A stretch of 64,000 bases of DNA, taken from contig CBDBZU010000004.1 in NCBI GenBank assembly GCA_965213625.1, forward strand, positions 2,880,001 through 2,944,000. The letters are read 5' to 3'. A program made the position numbers and the translations under genes. The notes beneath the pieces were generated by a model that saw only the letters and a list, made by a program, of their open reading frames with translations, ran no database searches and had not been told where the DNA came from. Shown one piece after another: positions 1 through 9,104 of the stretch; positions within the stretch are counted from its first letter, which is position 1, and every line of letters starts with the position of its first letter. Source of the DNA: a bacterium. Its GTDB lineage: Bacteria; UBA8248.

Positions 1-689
1 GGTATGGATTCAGGTGCGAGCGCGTTCAGCGCCTCACAAACGTCGATGACGTCGTCTGCGCTCTCCCCTTGCCCGAAAATGACACCCGAGCAGAGTTCCA
101 TTCCAGCCCCGCGCGCCGCGCCCAGTGTGTCCATGCGGTCGTCATAGGTGTGGGTGGAGCAGATTTCGGGATAATAGCGCGCGCTCGTATTGAGGTTGTG
201 GTTGAAGCGATCGACGCCCGCCTCGCCCAGCCTGGCGGCCTGGGAGGCTTCCAGTAAGCCGAGAGAACAGCAAATGGAGAGGTCATGGCGCGATTTGATT
301 TCGGAGACGGCGCGGCAAAGCTTATCGATTTCCGTATCCGACGGCCCCCGTGCGCTGATGACGATGCAGTAGCGTCTCGACCCGGCCGCTTCGGCCTTTG
401 CTGCACCCTCGAAGAGTTGCTCCTCATCCACCAGATCGTATCTGTCGACTTGAGCGCTTGAGACGGCGGATTGAGAGCAATACCCACAATCCTCAGGACA
501 GATGCCGCTCTTAGCGTTGATGAGGTAGTGAATCTGCACTTTCTTTCCGAAAAAGTGGCGACGGACTGAAAAAGCGGCGTCCAGAAGCTGAAGAATTTCA
601 TCATCGGGCGCATTGATGACGGAGAGCGCCTCTTCTCGTCCGGGTCGTTCATCTTTCAAGGCGCGTTGCGCCAGTTCATGGTAGCTCAA
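1..689 (-). CDS. bioB: Biotin synthase (radical SAM), 3' end runs off the window
   Basis: Not in the ORF track. Manual translation from TTG at 689 gives MSYHELAQRAL...YLINAKSGICPEDCGYCSQS (CxxxCxxC)...RFNHNLNTS...ELCSGVIFGQGES...PESIP, all typical BioB motifs. Confidence 0.93.
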   Translation of the reverse strand, partial: MSYHELAQRALKDERPGREEALSVINAPDDEILQLLDAAFSVRRHFFGKKVQIHYLINAKSGICPEDCGYCSQSAVSSAQVDRYDLVDEEQLFEGAAKAEAAGSRRYCIVISARGPSDTEIDKLCRAVSEIKSRHDLSICCSLGLLEASQAARLGEAGVDRFNHNLNTSARYYPEICSTHTYDDRMDTLGAARGAGMELCSGVIFGQGESADDVIDVCEALNALAPESI

Positions 690-882
690 AGCATATTTCC
701 TTCTCTCGGGCATCTGCCGGAAACTTTACGCGCCGCTCTGAAATTTGGCAAACGTATGTGATGAGGAGAGCGCAAAGCAGTGGTTCTTCCCTTGTCTCCA
801 TAACAGGTCTGGCATATTATGAACACGTTCATCGAACTTAAAGTAATTTATAAAATAAAGGCATAATTCTTATTTATTATCA

Positions 883-3783
883 ATGAGGTACCTGATGGTA
901 GTTGCAGTGTCGCTTGAAGAAGAATTGCTTGAAGCCATCGATGGTGAAGTGCGTTTCGACGTCTTCACAAGAAAAATATACAGCACCGATGCGAGCATGT
1001 ACGAGATTGAGCCCCTGGGCGTCGTGTTACCGAAAACGAACGCCGACGTGCAAAAAACACTTCAAATTGCGCAACGGCACAACGCCGCCATCCTGCCCCG
1101 GGGCGGCGGCACCAGCCTCGCCGGCCAGACGGTGGGCGACGCGCTGGTGCTCGATTTTTCCAAGTTCATGAACCAGGTCCTCGAACTGAACGCCGACGAG
1201 GAATGGGCACGCGTACAACCGGGGCTGGTGCAGGACCATTTCAACGATTACCTGAGTCCGCACGGTTTCGTCTTCGGACCCAATACCTCCACGAGCAGCC
1301 GCGCCACAATCGGCGGCATGCTGGGGAACAATTCCTCCGGGTCGCGCTCCATCGTCTACGGGAAGACGGTGGATCACGTTATCGAAATATCCGGCTATTT
1401 CGCCGATGGAGAGCCATTCACTTTCGGGCCTCTGGACGCGGCGTCTCTCGAAGAGTTGATGCGGCAGGATTCGCGCACGGGCAGACTGCACAGGGCGCTG
1501 AAGGACATCGTGGACGAGCAGCGGGTGGAGATTGACGACCGCTACCCCAAGATCATGCGCCGCGTGAGCGGATACAATCTCGATGAACTCACCCTGGAAA
1601 CGCAGCCGTTCAACCTCGCCAAGCTCATGGTGGGCGCCGAGGGCACGCTGGCCGTGGTGACGGAAGCCAAGGTGCGCGTGTGCCCCAAGCCAAAGTCGCT
1701 CGGCGTCCTCGTGGTTCATTTCCACAGCATCGAAGACGCTCTCGCGGCGAGCACGACGATTCTGGCCCACGACGTGGCGGCGATAGAGATCATCGATAAG
1801 GTGATCCTCGATCTCGCCAAGCTGAATCTCGAAGCCCAGCGCCTCATGAGCAGCTTCGTGGTGGGCGACCCGGATTCTTTCCTGACCATCGAGTTTTTCG
1901 CCGAAAACGACGATGAGGCCAAAGAGAAAGTCAGGCGCCTGCACGACGAACTCGAAGCGAAAAACATCGGCTACGCGCGCGTTCCACTGGACGACCCCGC
2001 CCACAAGCAGGATTGCCTGAACATGCGAAAGGCGGGCCTGGGCTTTTTGCTCGGTAGACGGGGCGACTGGAAGCCCTGCGCCTTCGTGGAGGATTGCGCG
2101 GTTTCTCCTGAGCATCTCCTGGATTATTACCGGCATTTCGAAGCCATCATGAAGAAGTACGACACGGAAACTTCCTACTACGGCCACACGAGCGTCGGCC
2201 TTCTGCACCTGCGCCCGCTCATCAACCTCAAAGAAGATGCGGAGATCGAGAAAATGGCCGCTATCGCCGAGGAGGTCTCGGACCTCGTGCTCGAATACGG
2301 CGGCGCCATGAGCGGAGAGCACGGCGACGGCCTGGCGAGAAGCCAGTGGGTGCCCAAGTTCTTCGGTGAGAAACTCTACGGGGCGTTCGTCGAGGTGAAG
2401 CGGCTCTTTGATCCCGAGAACCGGATGAACCCCGGAAAAATCGTGAACGCCCTCCCCTTCACCGAAAACCTGCGCTTCGACGGCTCTTACAAGACGCCCG
2501 AGATACCGACGATTATGGATTTCTCGAGCGACGGCGGCTTCGCACGCGCGGTGGAGCTTTGCAATGGCGTGGGCGCGTGCCGCAAGCGGGACGGCACAAT
2601 GTGTCCCTCCTATCAGGCGACGATGGAAGAAGAACACTCCACGCGCGGGCGGGCGAACGCGCTCAGGGAAGTCATCGCGAACGGAATCCCCGGAGAGGAC
2701 CTGGGCAGCGAACGCCTATATGAGGTGATGGACCTTTGTATATCGTGCAAGGGCTGCAAGGCGGAGTGTCCCTCGAGCGTGGACATGGCAAAAATCAAGG
2801 CCGAGGTGCTTCAGGCCTACTACGACAAGAACGGCGTGCCCATGCGCGTGCGTATGATGGGACGAATCGCGCAAATCAACCGCATGAGCGCCCCCGTCGC
2901 GCCCATCGTGAACTGGACGCTTGGGAATAACTTCGTGCGATCGCTTCTGGACAGGTTCTTCGGCATCGACAAGCGGAGAAGGCTCCCTCCCCTGGTGATG
3001 CCCACCTTCGAGGAATGGTTTAAGAGCCGACCTTCCGCGCGAAACGGAGTCAGCGCGCGAGGAAAAGTCTTGTTCCTGAACGATACGTTCACGAACTTCA
3101 ATTACCCGGAAATCGGAAAAGCCGCGGTCAAGGTGCTGGAGGCGGCCGGCTTCGAGGTCGGGCTTGCGGAGACGGGCTGCTGCGGACGGCCCATGATTTC
3201 GCACGGGCTCTTGCGCGAGGGTCAGAAGCTGGCCGAGGAGAATATTACCAAGCTGGCCCCCGCCATAGAGGCGGGGCTTCCGATCATCGGCGTCGAGCCG
3301 AGTTGCCTGCTCACGTTCCGGGATGAATATCCGGACCTCGTTGCGGGTGATACGGCGGGGCGCCTGGCGGAGAATTCCTACATGCTCGAGGAATTTCTCC
3401 AAAGCCTGCACGATAAAGGCGAACTGGATCTCAAATTCAAGACCCCGAAACAGCAGAAAGCCCTCTTCCACGGCCATTGCCACCAGAAAGCGCTGGTGGG
3501 CACAGGCCCCTCACTGGGGATTCTGGGCATGATTCCAGATTTGGAGGTGACGCAGATTCCATCTGGCTGCTGCGGGATGGCTGGTTCGTTCGGCTACGAG
3601 AAGGAACATTTCGACATCTCGATCGCCATCGGCGAGACGAAACTTTTCCCTGCTCTCAGAGCAGGCGATGAAGACGCCACGACCATCGCCAACGGCGTAT
3701 CCTGCCGTCAGCAAATCGCTACCGGCGTCGGCAAGAAGGCGCTCCACATCGCCGAGGTGCTCGCCGACGCGCTGGACGATTAA
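883..3783 (+). CDS. FAD-linked oxidase / Fe-S fusion (GlcD-GlcF, YdiJ-like D-2-hydroxyacid dehydrogenase)
   Basis: PRGGGTSLAGQ and SGEHGDG FAD-oxidase motifs; ferredoxin-type CNGVGAC and CISCKGCKAECP; CCG domains. True start may be the GTG near 908. Confidence 0.88.
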   Translation: MRYLMVVAVSLEEELLEAIDGEVRFDVFTRKIYSTDASMYEIEPLGVVLPKTNADVQKTLQIAQRHNAAILPRGGGTSLAGQTVGDALVLDFSKFMNQVLELNADEEWARVQPGLVQDHFNDYLSPHGFVFGPNTSTSSRATIGGMLGNNSSGSRSIVYGKTVDHVIEISGYFADGEPFTFGPLDAASLEELMRQDSRTGRLHRALKDIVDEQRVEIDDRYPKIMRRVSGYNLDELTLETQPFNLAKLMVGAEGTLAVVTEAKVRVCPKPKSLGVLVVHFHSIEDALAASTTILAHDVAAIEIIDKVILDLAKLNLEAQRLMSSFVVGDPDSFLTIEFFAENDDEAKEKVRRLHDELEAKNIGYARVPLDDPAHKQDCLNMRKAGLGFLLGRRGDWKPCAFVEDCAVSPEHLLDYYRHFEAIMKKYDTETSYYGHTSVGLLHLRPLINLKEDAEIEKMAAIAEEVSDLVLEYGGAMSGEHGDGLARSQWVPKFFGEKLYGAFVEVKRLFDPENRMNPGKIVNALPFTENLRFDGSYKTPEIPTIMDFSSDGGFARAVELCNGVGACRKRDGTMCPSYQATMEEEHSTRGRANALREVIANGIPGEDLGSERLYEVMDLCISCKGCKAECPSSVDMAKIKAEVLQAYYDKNGVPMRVRMMGRIAQINRMSAPVAPIVNWTLGNNFVRSLLDRFFGIDKRRRLPPLVMPTFEEWFKSRPSARNGVSARGKVLFLNDTFTNFNYPEIGKAAVKVLEAAGFEVGLAETGCCGRPMISHGLLREGQKLAEENITKLAPAIEAGLPIIGVEPSCLLTFRDEYPDLVAGDTAGRLAENSYMLEEFLQSLHDKGELDLKFKTPKQQKALFHGHCHQKALVGTGPSLGILGMIPDLEVTQIPSGCCGMAGSFGYEKEHFDISIAIGETKLFPALRAGDEDATTIANGVSCRQQIATGVGKKALHIAEVLADALDD

Positions 3784-3853
3784 ATAATAAATTAAAATCA
3801 GGAATATATAACAACAAGATACGTGAACTATCTCATGTGATTAATTATATTTC

Positions 3854-4948
3854 CTAATCCGGATTCCGGATGACCGATCGCAGGGTTTCGCCGCGCTCCA
3901 TCGCCTCGAAAGCGGGTTCCACGTCTTCTAAGCCGATGACTTTCGTTACCATTCTGTCGAGGTCCAGCTCTCCCTTTTCGTACCAGTCAGCGAGAAGCGG
4001 GAAATCCCTCGAGGGCAGGCAATCCCCGTACCAGCAGACACGAAGCGCGCCGCCCAGGCCGAAGAACTGGAGCATAGGCAATTCCATCATCATGTCGGGA
4101 GCAGGCACGCCGATGAGCGTGCATGTTCCGGCGAGATCGCGCGACCACATCGCCTGGAGAAGGGTCTGAGGCGTTCCCACGGCCTCGAAGGAGTAATCGA
4201 CGCCGTTTCCGCCGGTGAGGTCCTTGATCGCTTCCACCGGGTCGGTTTCCGAGGCATTGACGACGTCGGTCGCGCCGAATTCCCTCGCCCAGGCGAGTTT
4301 GTTGTCGGCGATGTCGACAGCGATGATTTTCGCTGCGCGCGACATTTTCGCGCCCATGATGACGCTGCAGCCCACGCCGCCGCATCCATACACCGCCACG
4401 CTGCTCCCGCGCCGCACCTGCGCCGTGTAGAGCGAGGCGCCCACGCCCGTCATGACGCCGCAGCCGATGAGGCAGGCCTGCTCCGGCGTACAGACGGTGG
4501 GTACTTTCACCGCCTGTTTCGCGGCGACGACGGTGTGCGTACAGAACGTACCGATGCCGAGGGAGGGACTTAAAGCCTGGCCGTCTTTTTTCCCCCGCAT
4601 CTTGGAGGCCGCGTTCAGACTGGCGGCGCAAAGGTTGGGCTGGCCGATGGAGCAGAACCGGCAGACGCCGCAGGGAGCGCGCCAGGCCAGAACGACGTAA
4701 TCGCCCACTGCCAAGTCGGATACGCCCTCACCCACTTCCTGAACGATGCCTGAGCCCTCATGGCCGAGAAGGTAGGGAAACTCATCCCCGATTTTTCCGA
4801 GCTTGTAGTGCAAGTCCGTGTGGCAGACGCCGCTGGCCTGGATTTTCACCAGCACCTCGCCCGGACCCGGGGAGTCGAGTTCGATTTCTTCCACTTCCGT
4901 GCGGTCGCCCGCTTTTCTTGAAATCACGCCATGGCCGATGATGCTCAT
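3854..4948 (-). CDS. Zn-dependent alcohol dehydrogenase, S-(hydroxymethyl)mycothiol dehydrogenase (MscR)-like
   Basis: GVCHTD, LGHEG, CGVCRFC...C, GCGGVG; C-terminal WYGDCLPSRDFP resembles the actinobacterial MscR clade. Confidence 0.85.
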   Translation of the reverse strand: MSIIGHGVISRKAGDRTEVEEIELDSPGPGEVLVKIQASGVCHTDLHYKLGKIGDEFPYLLGHEGSGIVQEVGEGVSDLAVGDYVVLAWRAPCGVCRFCSIGQPNLCAASLNAASKMRGKKDGQALSPSLGIGTFCTHTVVAAKQAVKVPTVCTPEQACLIGCGVMTGVGASLYTAQVRRGSSVAVYGCGGVGCSVIMGAKMSRAAKIIAVDIADNKLAWAREFGATDVVNASETDPVEAIKDLTGGNGVDYSFEAVGTPQTLLQAMWSRDLAGTCTLIGVPAPDMMMELPMLQFFGLGGALRVCWYGDCLPSRDFPLLADWYEKGELDLDRMVTKVIGLEDVEPAFEAMERGETLRSVIRNPD

Positions 4949-5065
4949 ACGCTTCCTCCCGGTCGTATATTCTCGGTGCGCTCGCTATAATGCGCCGCGC
5001 AAACTTAAAATTTCCGTTGACGATATTATTCTCTCCCACGAGGGATTATCGCGCAAGGAGGCGAC

Positions 5066-6256
5066 ATGTCCGAAGAATGGTACCCGCGTTTCTCGGAAGC
5101 AGAAATGAGCAGGCGTCATGGAATGGCGAAAGATTTGATGGAAGAAGAAGGGCTCGACACTCTCTTGTTCTTCGGCATGGGGGGCACGAACCGCAACGCG
5201 CAGGCGAACATCTACTGGCTTTCCTGCTACCGGGATTTCAACCACTGCTACCTGATTTTCCCGAAAGAAGGCCTCCCTTCCCTCTTCACGGGACTCTACA
5301 ACCATCTGCATAACGCGCAGATGCAGTGCATCTTCAAGGACGTGCGCCACGGAGCGTACGGCAATCCCGAACGCATGGCGGACCAGCTCGACGCCCTCGG
5401 GCTGGGGAACGCGCGCATCGGCTTGGTGGGAATCAACCCGCGCTTCAAGATTCTGCTGCCCTTCGAGCACATGGACTATCTGACGGAGCGCTTCCCCGAG
5501 GCGCAGTGGGTGGATGTGAGCGCGAAATTCAGGGACTTGAGGCTGATAAAGAGCGATGAGGAAATCGAATGGCTGACCGAGGCGGCGCGCCTCACGGACC
5601 TCGCCATGGAAGCGGCCGTCACCCATGCGAAACCGGGCATTCCCGAAATCGAACTCTCTGGGCGGATGGCCGCCGCGTTCAGGGAGCAAGGCGGCGAGCA
5701 GATGGTGCAGTTCGTGACGGCCACGCCGATGGCCAATCCCCGTACGCCCGTCCCCTGGCAGAATCCGACCAGGCGAAAGCTCGAGGCGGGCGATGTGCTC
5801 ATCATGGAGATTAGTGCTGCCTATTATGGTTATGCGGGCCAGAGCTTGCGCACCTTCACCATCGGGGCGGACCCGACGCCTCCTTACCAGGCGCTGCTCG
5901 AAGCTGCGGTCGAGGTGTACGAGGGCGTGGGCAAGACGATGAAGGCGGGCAATTCCGCACAGGCTGTTTTCGAGGCCACGGACCCGCTGCCCGAGAGGGG
6001 TTTCCAGATCTACGATTCGCTCGCCCACGGCTTCGGCACGGACTTGCTCCAGCCCTCCATCGGCATCCGGGGCTCGAACTATCTCGCTCCGCCGGCCGAT
6101 TTCAAGTACCGCGAAAACATGGTGATGGTGATTCAGCCGAACCCCATGGATACGGAAGGACGGGGAGTGCAGATGGGCGACATGGGAATCGTCACCCGGG
6201 AGGGGTTCCGCTCGCTGCACACCTTCCCGATGAAGGCGTTCCGCTGCGACGGGTGA
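5066..6256 (+). CDS. M24 (Xaa-Pro peptidase/creatinase) fold protein with non-canonical metal ligands
   Basis: LRLIKSDEEIEW, KPGIPEIEL, AHGFG, VIQPN; RBS AGGAGG upstream. Confidence 0.82.
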   Translation: MSEEWYPRFSEAEMSRRHGMAKDLMEEEGLDTLLFFGMGGTNRNAQANIYWLSCYRDFNHCYLIFPKEGLPSLFTGLYNHLHNAQMQCIFKDVRHGAYGNPERMADQLDALGLGNARIGLVGINPRFKILLPFEHMDYLTERFPEAQWVDVSAKFRDLRLIKSDEEIEWLTEAARLTDLAMEAAVTHAKPGIPEIELSGRMAAAFREQGGEQMVQFVTATPMANPRTPVPWQNPTRRKLEAGDVLIMEISAAYYGYAGQSLRTFTIGADPTPPYQALLEAAVEVYEGVGKTMKAGNSAQAVFEATDPLPERGFQIYDSLAHGFGTDLLQPSIGIRGSNYLAPPADFKYRENMVMVIQPNPMDTEGRGVQMGDMGIVTREGFRSLHTFPMKAFRCDG

Positions 6257-6441
6257 GGACTACTTGCCAGAAGGGATATTGAGAAAGCCCCACCATACAT
6301 AGGAATTGGATTTCTCATTCATGAAAAGTTTATGAAATTGCTCCCTCCTTGAAGTAGTTGCCGACCCGGAAGAGAGGACTTTCACTCCCCCCTTGAGGGT
6401 CGTGGCCGACACACGAGAGAGAAGAATCACTCCCCCCTTGA

Positions 6442-7961
6442 GGGTCTGTTGAAAAACCCGGTGTTGGAAGCGGGCGTTTTGGCGGCTCACGCGGCGGCGG
6501 GGAGGCAGCCCAATCGGCGCGTGAGGGCGCCATGTGCGCGCAGCCGGCGTCTCCGGGCGGCACAGGCCGTCCACAAGGCGAATATACGCGCCGCAAAAGC
6601 GGCGGCCAGCCGCTTGAGGTTCACCGCTATCGCCGTCAGGTAGGACTGGATCCGCATGTTCGCAAGGCCCCGGCGCACCGCCCGCCCCAGTCCGTGCCGG
6701 CTCTTCGCCTCGCCGTGGTAGCCCTCCGAGCGCCAACGGTGGCGGCCATAGAGACGCTTCTCCTCCTCCCCCCAGCGCGCATGCCACCGACGCGCGCGCA
6801 ACAGCGCCGGATACGCGTGTGGAATCAACACCGTCCTGCTCGTGCGCGACTTCGACAGACAATCGGGCCTGAGCGCGCAGCCCGCGCAATCCCGCGTCTT
6901 CGATACATAGGAGCGCCCCCGCTCCGTCGCCTGCCGGGGGCGCAGCGTCTTGCCTCCCGGACACTTCACCACCTCGTTGCGCGCGTCGTAGTGGAACAAC
7001 TGCAGCGGAACACGGCTCTGGCTGGGTTCCTTCTTCGCTGGTATCAGCGCTTCCACGCCCCGCCGCTCCAATTCGCCGTAAACCTTCGAGTACGCGTACC
7101 CCGAATCCGCCGTCACCATCTCCGGCGCGCGGCCCGACAACTCGCTTACCGCCTCTATATGGGACGCCATCATCTCACGCTCGTTCCGCGTCCCCTCCGT
7201 CACCGACACGTCGAGAACAACACCCCGCTCATCGTCCACCGCCGCGTGCTGCTTGTAGCTCGGCTCGAACCCCGCCCGCGCGCTCTTGCGCGCAAGCCGC
7301 GCGTCCGGGTCCGTCCGGCTCACCGGACCCCCGCCACCGCGGCCTCCTCCCTTCTTCCCGACCTCATCATCGACGGGATTCTCCTGAATCACCTTCTCCG
7401 CGTGGTGCGCCGCCAGGCTCTCCCAGCTCACGTCCGCGCGTATCAACGAGGCGTCCACGTGCACCACTTCCCCCTTCGCCACATTCGCCTCCAGACAAGC
7501 CTGCACCGTCCGGCGGAATATCTCCTTGAACCGAGCCTCCCCCCACCGCTGACGAATCCGCGTCAGGCTCGAATGATGCGGCAACTCCTCGTGCAACCCG
7601 TATCCGATGAACCACCGGATCGCCAGGTGCGCACGCGCCTCGCGAAGCAGACGCCGGTCGTGTACGTAGCCCAGCAACATACCCGCAAGCATCAAGCGGA
7701 GCGCCACCTCCGGGTCGATCCCCGGTCGACCATTGTCCGCGCAATAGCAATCCGCCACCTCCTCACGAAGCCAACTCAAATCCAGTACGCGGTCCACGCG
7801 CATCAGGACGTGATCCTCGGGGATCAGCCGATCCAGCGAACCGGCCACGAACAAATCCATCTGCTCGCGCCTCTTGCTGCCTATCATCGAGGGAACTCCC
7901 ATCTCGGGCGAGATAGTGTCATTACACCCAATCACAATGCCGGGGCTTTTTCAACAGCCCC
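6442..7961 (-). mobile_element. IS1182-family insertion sequence, copy 1 (complete)
   Basis: IRs GGGTCTGTTGAAAAA / TTTTTCAACAGCCCC; 4-bp direct repeat TTGA at 6438-6441 and 7962-7965. Confidence 0.9.
6487..7887 (-). CDS. IS1182-family DDE transposase
   Basis: N-terminal LIPEDH...GRPGIDPE (DUF772-like), HVDAS, DPDARL, TADSGY, CAGC, SEGYHGEAKSRHGL. Confidence 0.92.
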   Translation of the reverse strand: MIGSKRREQMDLFVAGSLDRLIPEDHVLMRVDRVLDLSWLREEVADCYCADNGRPGIDPEVALRLMLAGMLLGYVHDRRLLREARAHLAIRWFIGYGLHEELPHHSSLTRIRQRWGEARFKEIFRRTVQACLEANVAKGEVVHVDASLIRADVSWESLAAHHAEKVIQENPVDDEVGKKGGGRGGGGPVSRTDPDARLARKSARAGFEPSYKQHAAVDDERGVVLDVSVTEGTRNEREMMASHIEAVSELSGRAPEMVTADSGYAYSKVYGELERRGVEALIPAKKEPSQSRVPLQLFHYDARNEVVKCPGGKTLRPRQATERGRSYVSKTRDCAGCALRPDCLSKSRTSRTVLIPHAYPALLRARRWHARWGEEEKRLYGRHRWRSEGYHGEAKSRHGLGRAVRRGLANMRIQSYLTAIAVNLKRLAAAFAARIFALWTACAARRRRLRAHGALTRRLGCLPAAA

Positions 7962-8190
7962 TTGAGGGGGAGTCGAAGAGGCCGAGCGTTTTGTGCGAAG
8001 GCCGGTTCGGTGGGGGGTAAAATGCGTTTTATCGCCACTCCGAATTATACCCCCCACCAACTCGCCTGCGGGCTCCGCCCTTGTCTCGTTGTCGGTCTTC
8101 CCCGAGGGAGACCGACCCTCAAGGGGGGAGTGATTCCTGCTCCTTGATCGGTCACATCAAACTCTTGTTTTGCCTGTCCACCATATCTGC

Positions 8191-8273
8191 CTCACCCTGA
8201 GTAGCCGCCGAAGGCGGCGTATCGAAGGGCGCTACCTCGATACGGCGCGCAAGCGCGCCTACTCGGAATGAAG
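8191..8273. repeat. REP doublet, family CTCA(C/T)CCTGAGTAG...CGTATCGAAGG
   Basis: Inverted pair with internal hairpins; related copy at 15035-15146. Confidence 0.7.
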
Positions 8274-8468
8274 ATGGTATTACGGACAAGGGCGGCGAAT
8301 GCGCCATGGGGAGGTTTCCCTTGAGGATAGCTTCTTCAAGAGCCCTAATGTGTTCGGCTGCGTCCGTTGCGGGCCGGCGCATCCGCGCATAGAATCCGGT
8401 TACCGAAATGCTGATGGAAACTTCAACAGAGTCTCGTTTTATTTCCGATCAAAAGAAGGAAATCATCC

Positions 8469-9086
8469 GTGGAATTCGTGATCAAGATTTACGACAAGCC
8501 CGAAGCGGCCTCTCTGAGAGATGTTCACCGCAAGGCGCACCTCGATTATCTGAAAGGATTCGATGACGTCACCCGCTTCGCGGGCCCGTTCCTGACCGAC
8601 GACGGAAAACTCGAACTGGGCAGTTTCCGCATTCTGGACCTGCCCGACCGCGCCGCCGCGGAAGAGCACGTGGCGAACGAGCCGTTCATCATCGAGGGGA
8701 TTCAGGAGCGGCCCTCCATACATCGCTGGCGCGCCACCGTGCCTTACTCCTGGCGCGATTGTCCGCGCAAAGAGGGAAACCTGCAGTTCTACGTCCATGC
8801 GCAGGATAAGGCGGATGGGAGCGCGATCCGCAAAGCCCTGCATGAAGAGCACAAGGCCTACCTGACCGGACACGGCGATTCGGTGATGGTGCGCGGCCCT
8901 CTGGTCACCGATGACGGCGAGACCAGGAACGGCAGCGTGCTCTTGTTCGATTTTCCCGACATCGAGGCGGCGCGCGCGTTCTGGTCGGAGGAGCCCTACA
9001 ACCGGGCGGGCCTGTATGAGAGCGTGGAGTTCTACGCTTGGCGCTTCGGGCGGGTATTCGACCGCTTCAAGACGCCCGTATCGTAA
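8469..9086 (+). CDS. Tandem two-domain YciI-family protein
   Basis: Two repeats of R...H-x2-YL...GP-x2-TDDG...GS...EP(F/Y). Confidence 0.85.
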   Translation: MEFVIKIYDKPEAASLRDVHRKAHLDYLKGFDDVTRFAGPFLTDDGKLELGSFRILDLPDRAAAEEHVANEPFIIEGIQERPSIHRWRATVPYSWRDCPRKEGNLQFYVHAQDKADGSAIRKALHEEHKAYLTGHGDSVMVRGPLVTDDGETRNGSVLLFDFPDIEAARAFWSEEPYNRAGLYESVEFYAWRFGRVFDRFKTPVS

Positions 9087-9104
9087 TTCCCCCAAAAGAG
9101 TTGC

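Larger units (their letters stand above)
6425..8135. repeat. REPIN-like element (inverted TCACTCCCCCCTTGAGGGGGAGT palindromes) interrupted by IS1182
   Basis: With the IS removed, the sequence aligns by eye to the intact copy at 22865-23031. Confidence 0.8.

Noticed and set aside
26-652. 208-aa ORF in the track
   Set aside because: Off-frame shadow of bioB on the same strand
1027-2637. Long antisense ORFs (also 4985..6220, 6532..7965, 20858..22423, 24452..25762, 59769..61064, 60877..62340, 62650..63921)
   Set aside because: Antisense shadows of well-supported genes, typical of GC-rich codon usage; no recognisable motifs
6337-6441. Possible mini-CRISPR array
   Set aside because: Units are degenerate REP halves, the spacers resemble each other, and no cas genes are present
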